NCBI GenBank assembly: GCA_963758295.1
Contig: CAVWUU010000003.1
Location: 64,001-128,000, forward strand
Direction: 5' to 3'
DNA: 64,000 nt
Origin: Candidatus Eremiobacteria bacterium
Lineage (GTDB): Bacteria; Vulcanimicrobiota; Vulcanimicrobiia; Vulcanimicrobiales; Vulcanimicrobiaceae
Each line of letters starts with the position of its first letter. Position 1 is the stretch's first letter. The notes below the pieces were generated by a model. The model worked only from the letters and a program-made list of their open reading frames with translations. It searched no databases and had not been told where the DNA came from. Both the position numbers and the translations under genes were made by a program. This document shows positions 63,474 to 64,000 of this stretch, piece after piece.

Positions 63474-64000
63474 ATGAAGCAGACATACCCCATCGCAGCT
63501 TTAACACTGCTGCTTTCCGCATGCTCGCTCCATACGCCGCAGCAGCATGAGGCAGCATCCACATTCGGCGCCGTCGCAACGCCGCGCGCGGAGGCTACGG
63601 TTGCGCCCGCCGACTTCGGCGAATTGAGCTGGCGCGAAGTCGGACCGGCGGTTATGGGCGGACGCTTGGACTCCGTCGTCAGCGTGCCGGGTGATGAAAA
63701 CACCATTTACTTGGGGCACTCCTCCGGCGGATTGTACAAATCGACGAATGCGGGCATGTCGTTCGCACCGGTCTTTCACGCCGGATCCTCGTCATCCATC
63801 GGCGCGATTGCGATTGCGCCCTCGGAAGCTAAAACGGTCTATGCCGGTACCGGTGAAGGCTTTCCGCGAAACACGGCGGCCATCGGTGACGGCGTTTTTG
63901 TCTCGCATGATGCCGGCGGTACTTGGCACGCCGCCGGATTGAAGGAACACAGCACATCGCGCGCATTGCGGTCGATCCACACGATCCTGAAAACGGTGCT
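63474..64000 (+). CDS. Second BNR/VPS10-like lipoprotein, N-terminal part
   Basis: Lipobox LSAC; WREVGPAVMGGR, GGLYKSTNAG, YAGTGEG, SHDAGGTW. Confidence 0.85.
   Translation, partial: MKQTYPIAALTLLLSACSLHTPQQHEAASTFGAVATPRAEATVAPADFGELSWREVGPAVMGGRLDSVVSVPGDENTIYLGHSSGGLYKSTNAGMSFAPVFHAGSSSSIGAIAIAPSEAKTVYAGTGEGFPRNTAAIGDGVFVSHDAGGTWHAAGLKEHSTSRALRSIHTILKTV

Overview
GC-rich bacterial chromosomal window with no rRNA, tRNA, CRISPR array, integrase or transposase recognised. The cell is diderm (TolC, HiPIP) but has Terrabacteria-type gene order (topA-trmFO-hslVU; def-fmt-rsmB-FHA-FHA-PP2C-rodA). My inference is a Ca. Eremiobacterota/Vulcanimicrobiota-like soil organism; this is not verified. 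Many single-base frameshifts, including in dxs and topA, point to long-read indel errors rather than pseudogenes. Core content is an RND efflux system, metal transporters, dxs-secG-oppDF-like genes, the topA to rodA cluster, a beta-oxidation operon, a HiPIP, a GT-C glycosyltransferase and two BNR/VPS10 proteins. Four loci stand out. (1) A SigK-like ECF regulon at 11.8-19.4 kb: three DUF4331 genes (two with predicted Ser-Asp-His ATCUN N-termini), a TPR protein, two Ni/Co transporters, and an RHH protein where an anti-sigma would be expected. Four copies of an AAATC[C/T]-N16-CGTT promoter motif link these genes. (2) A 78-bp alternating purine-pyrimidine (Z-DNA-prone) tract lies between divergent promoters for topA and a Pro-free (GGRKK)13 histone-like protein carrying H3-tail-like KSTGG motifs. 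(3) Two displaced, synonymously diverged copies of the 3' end of an ATLF-like zinc peptidase gene bracket single-gene cassettes, suggesting a serial gene-capture site. (4) A catalytically dead PP2C occupies the pstP position.
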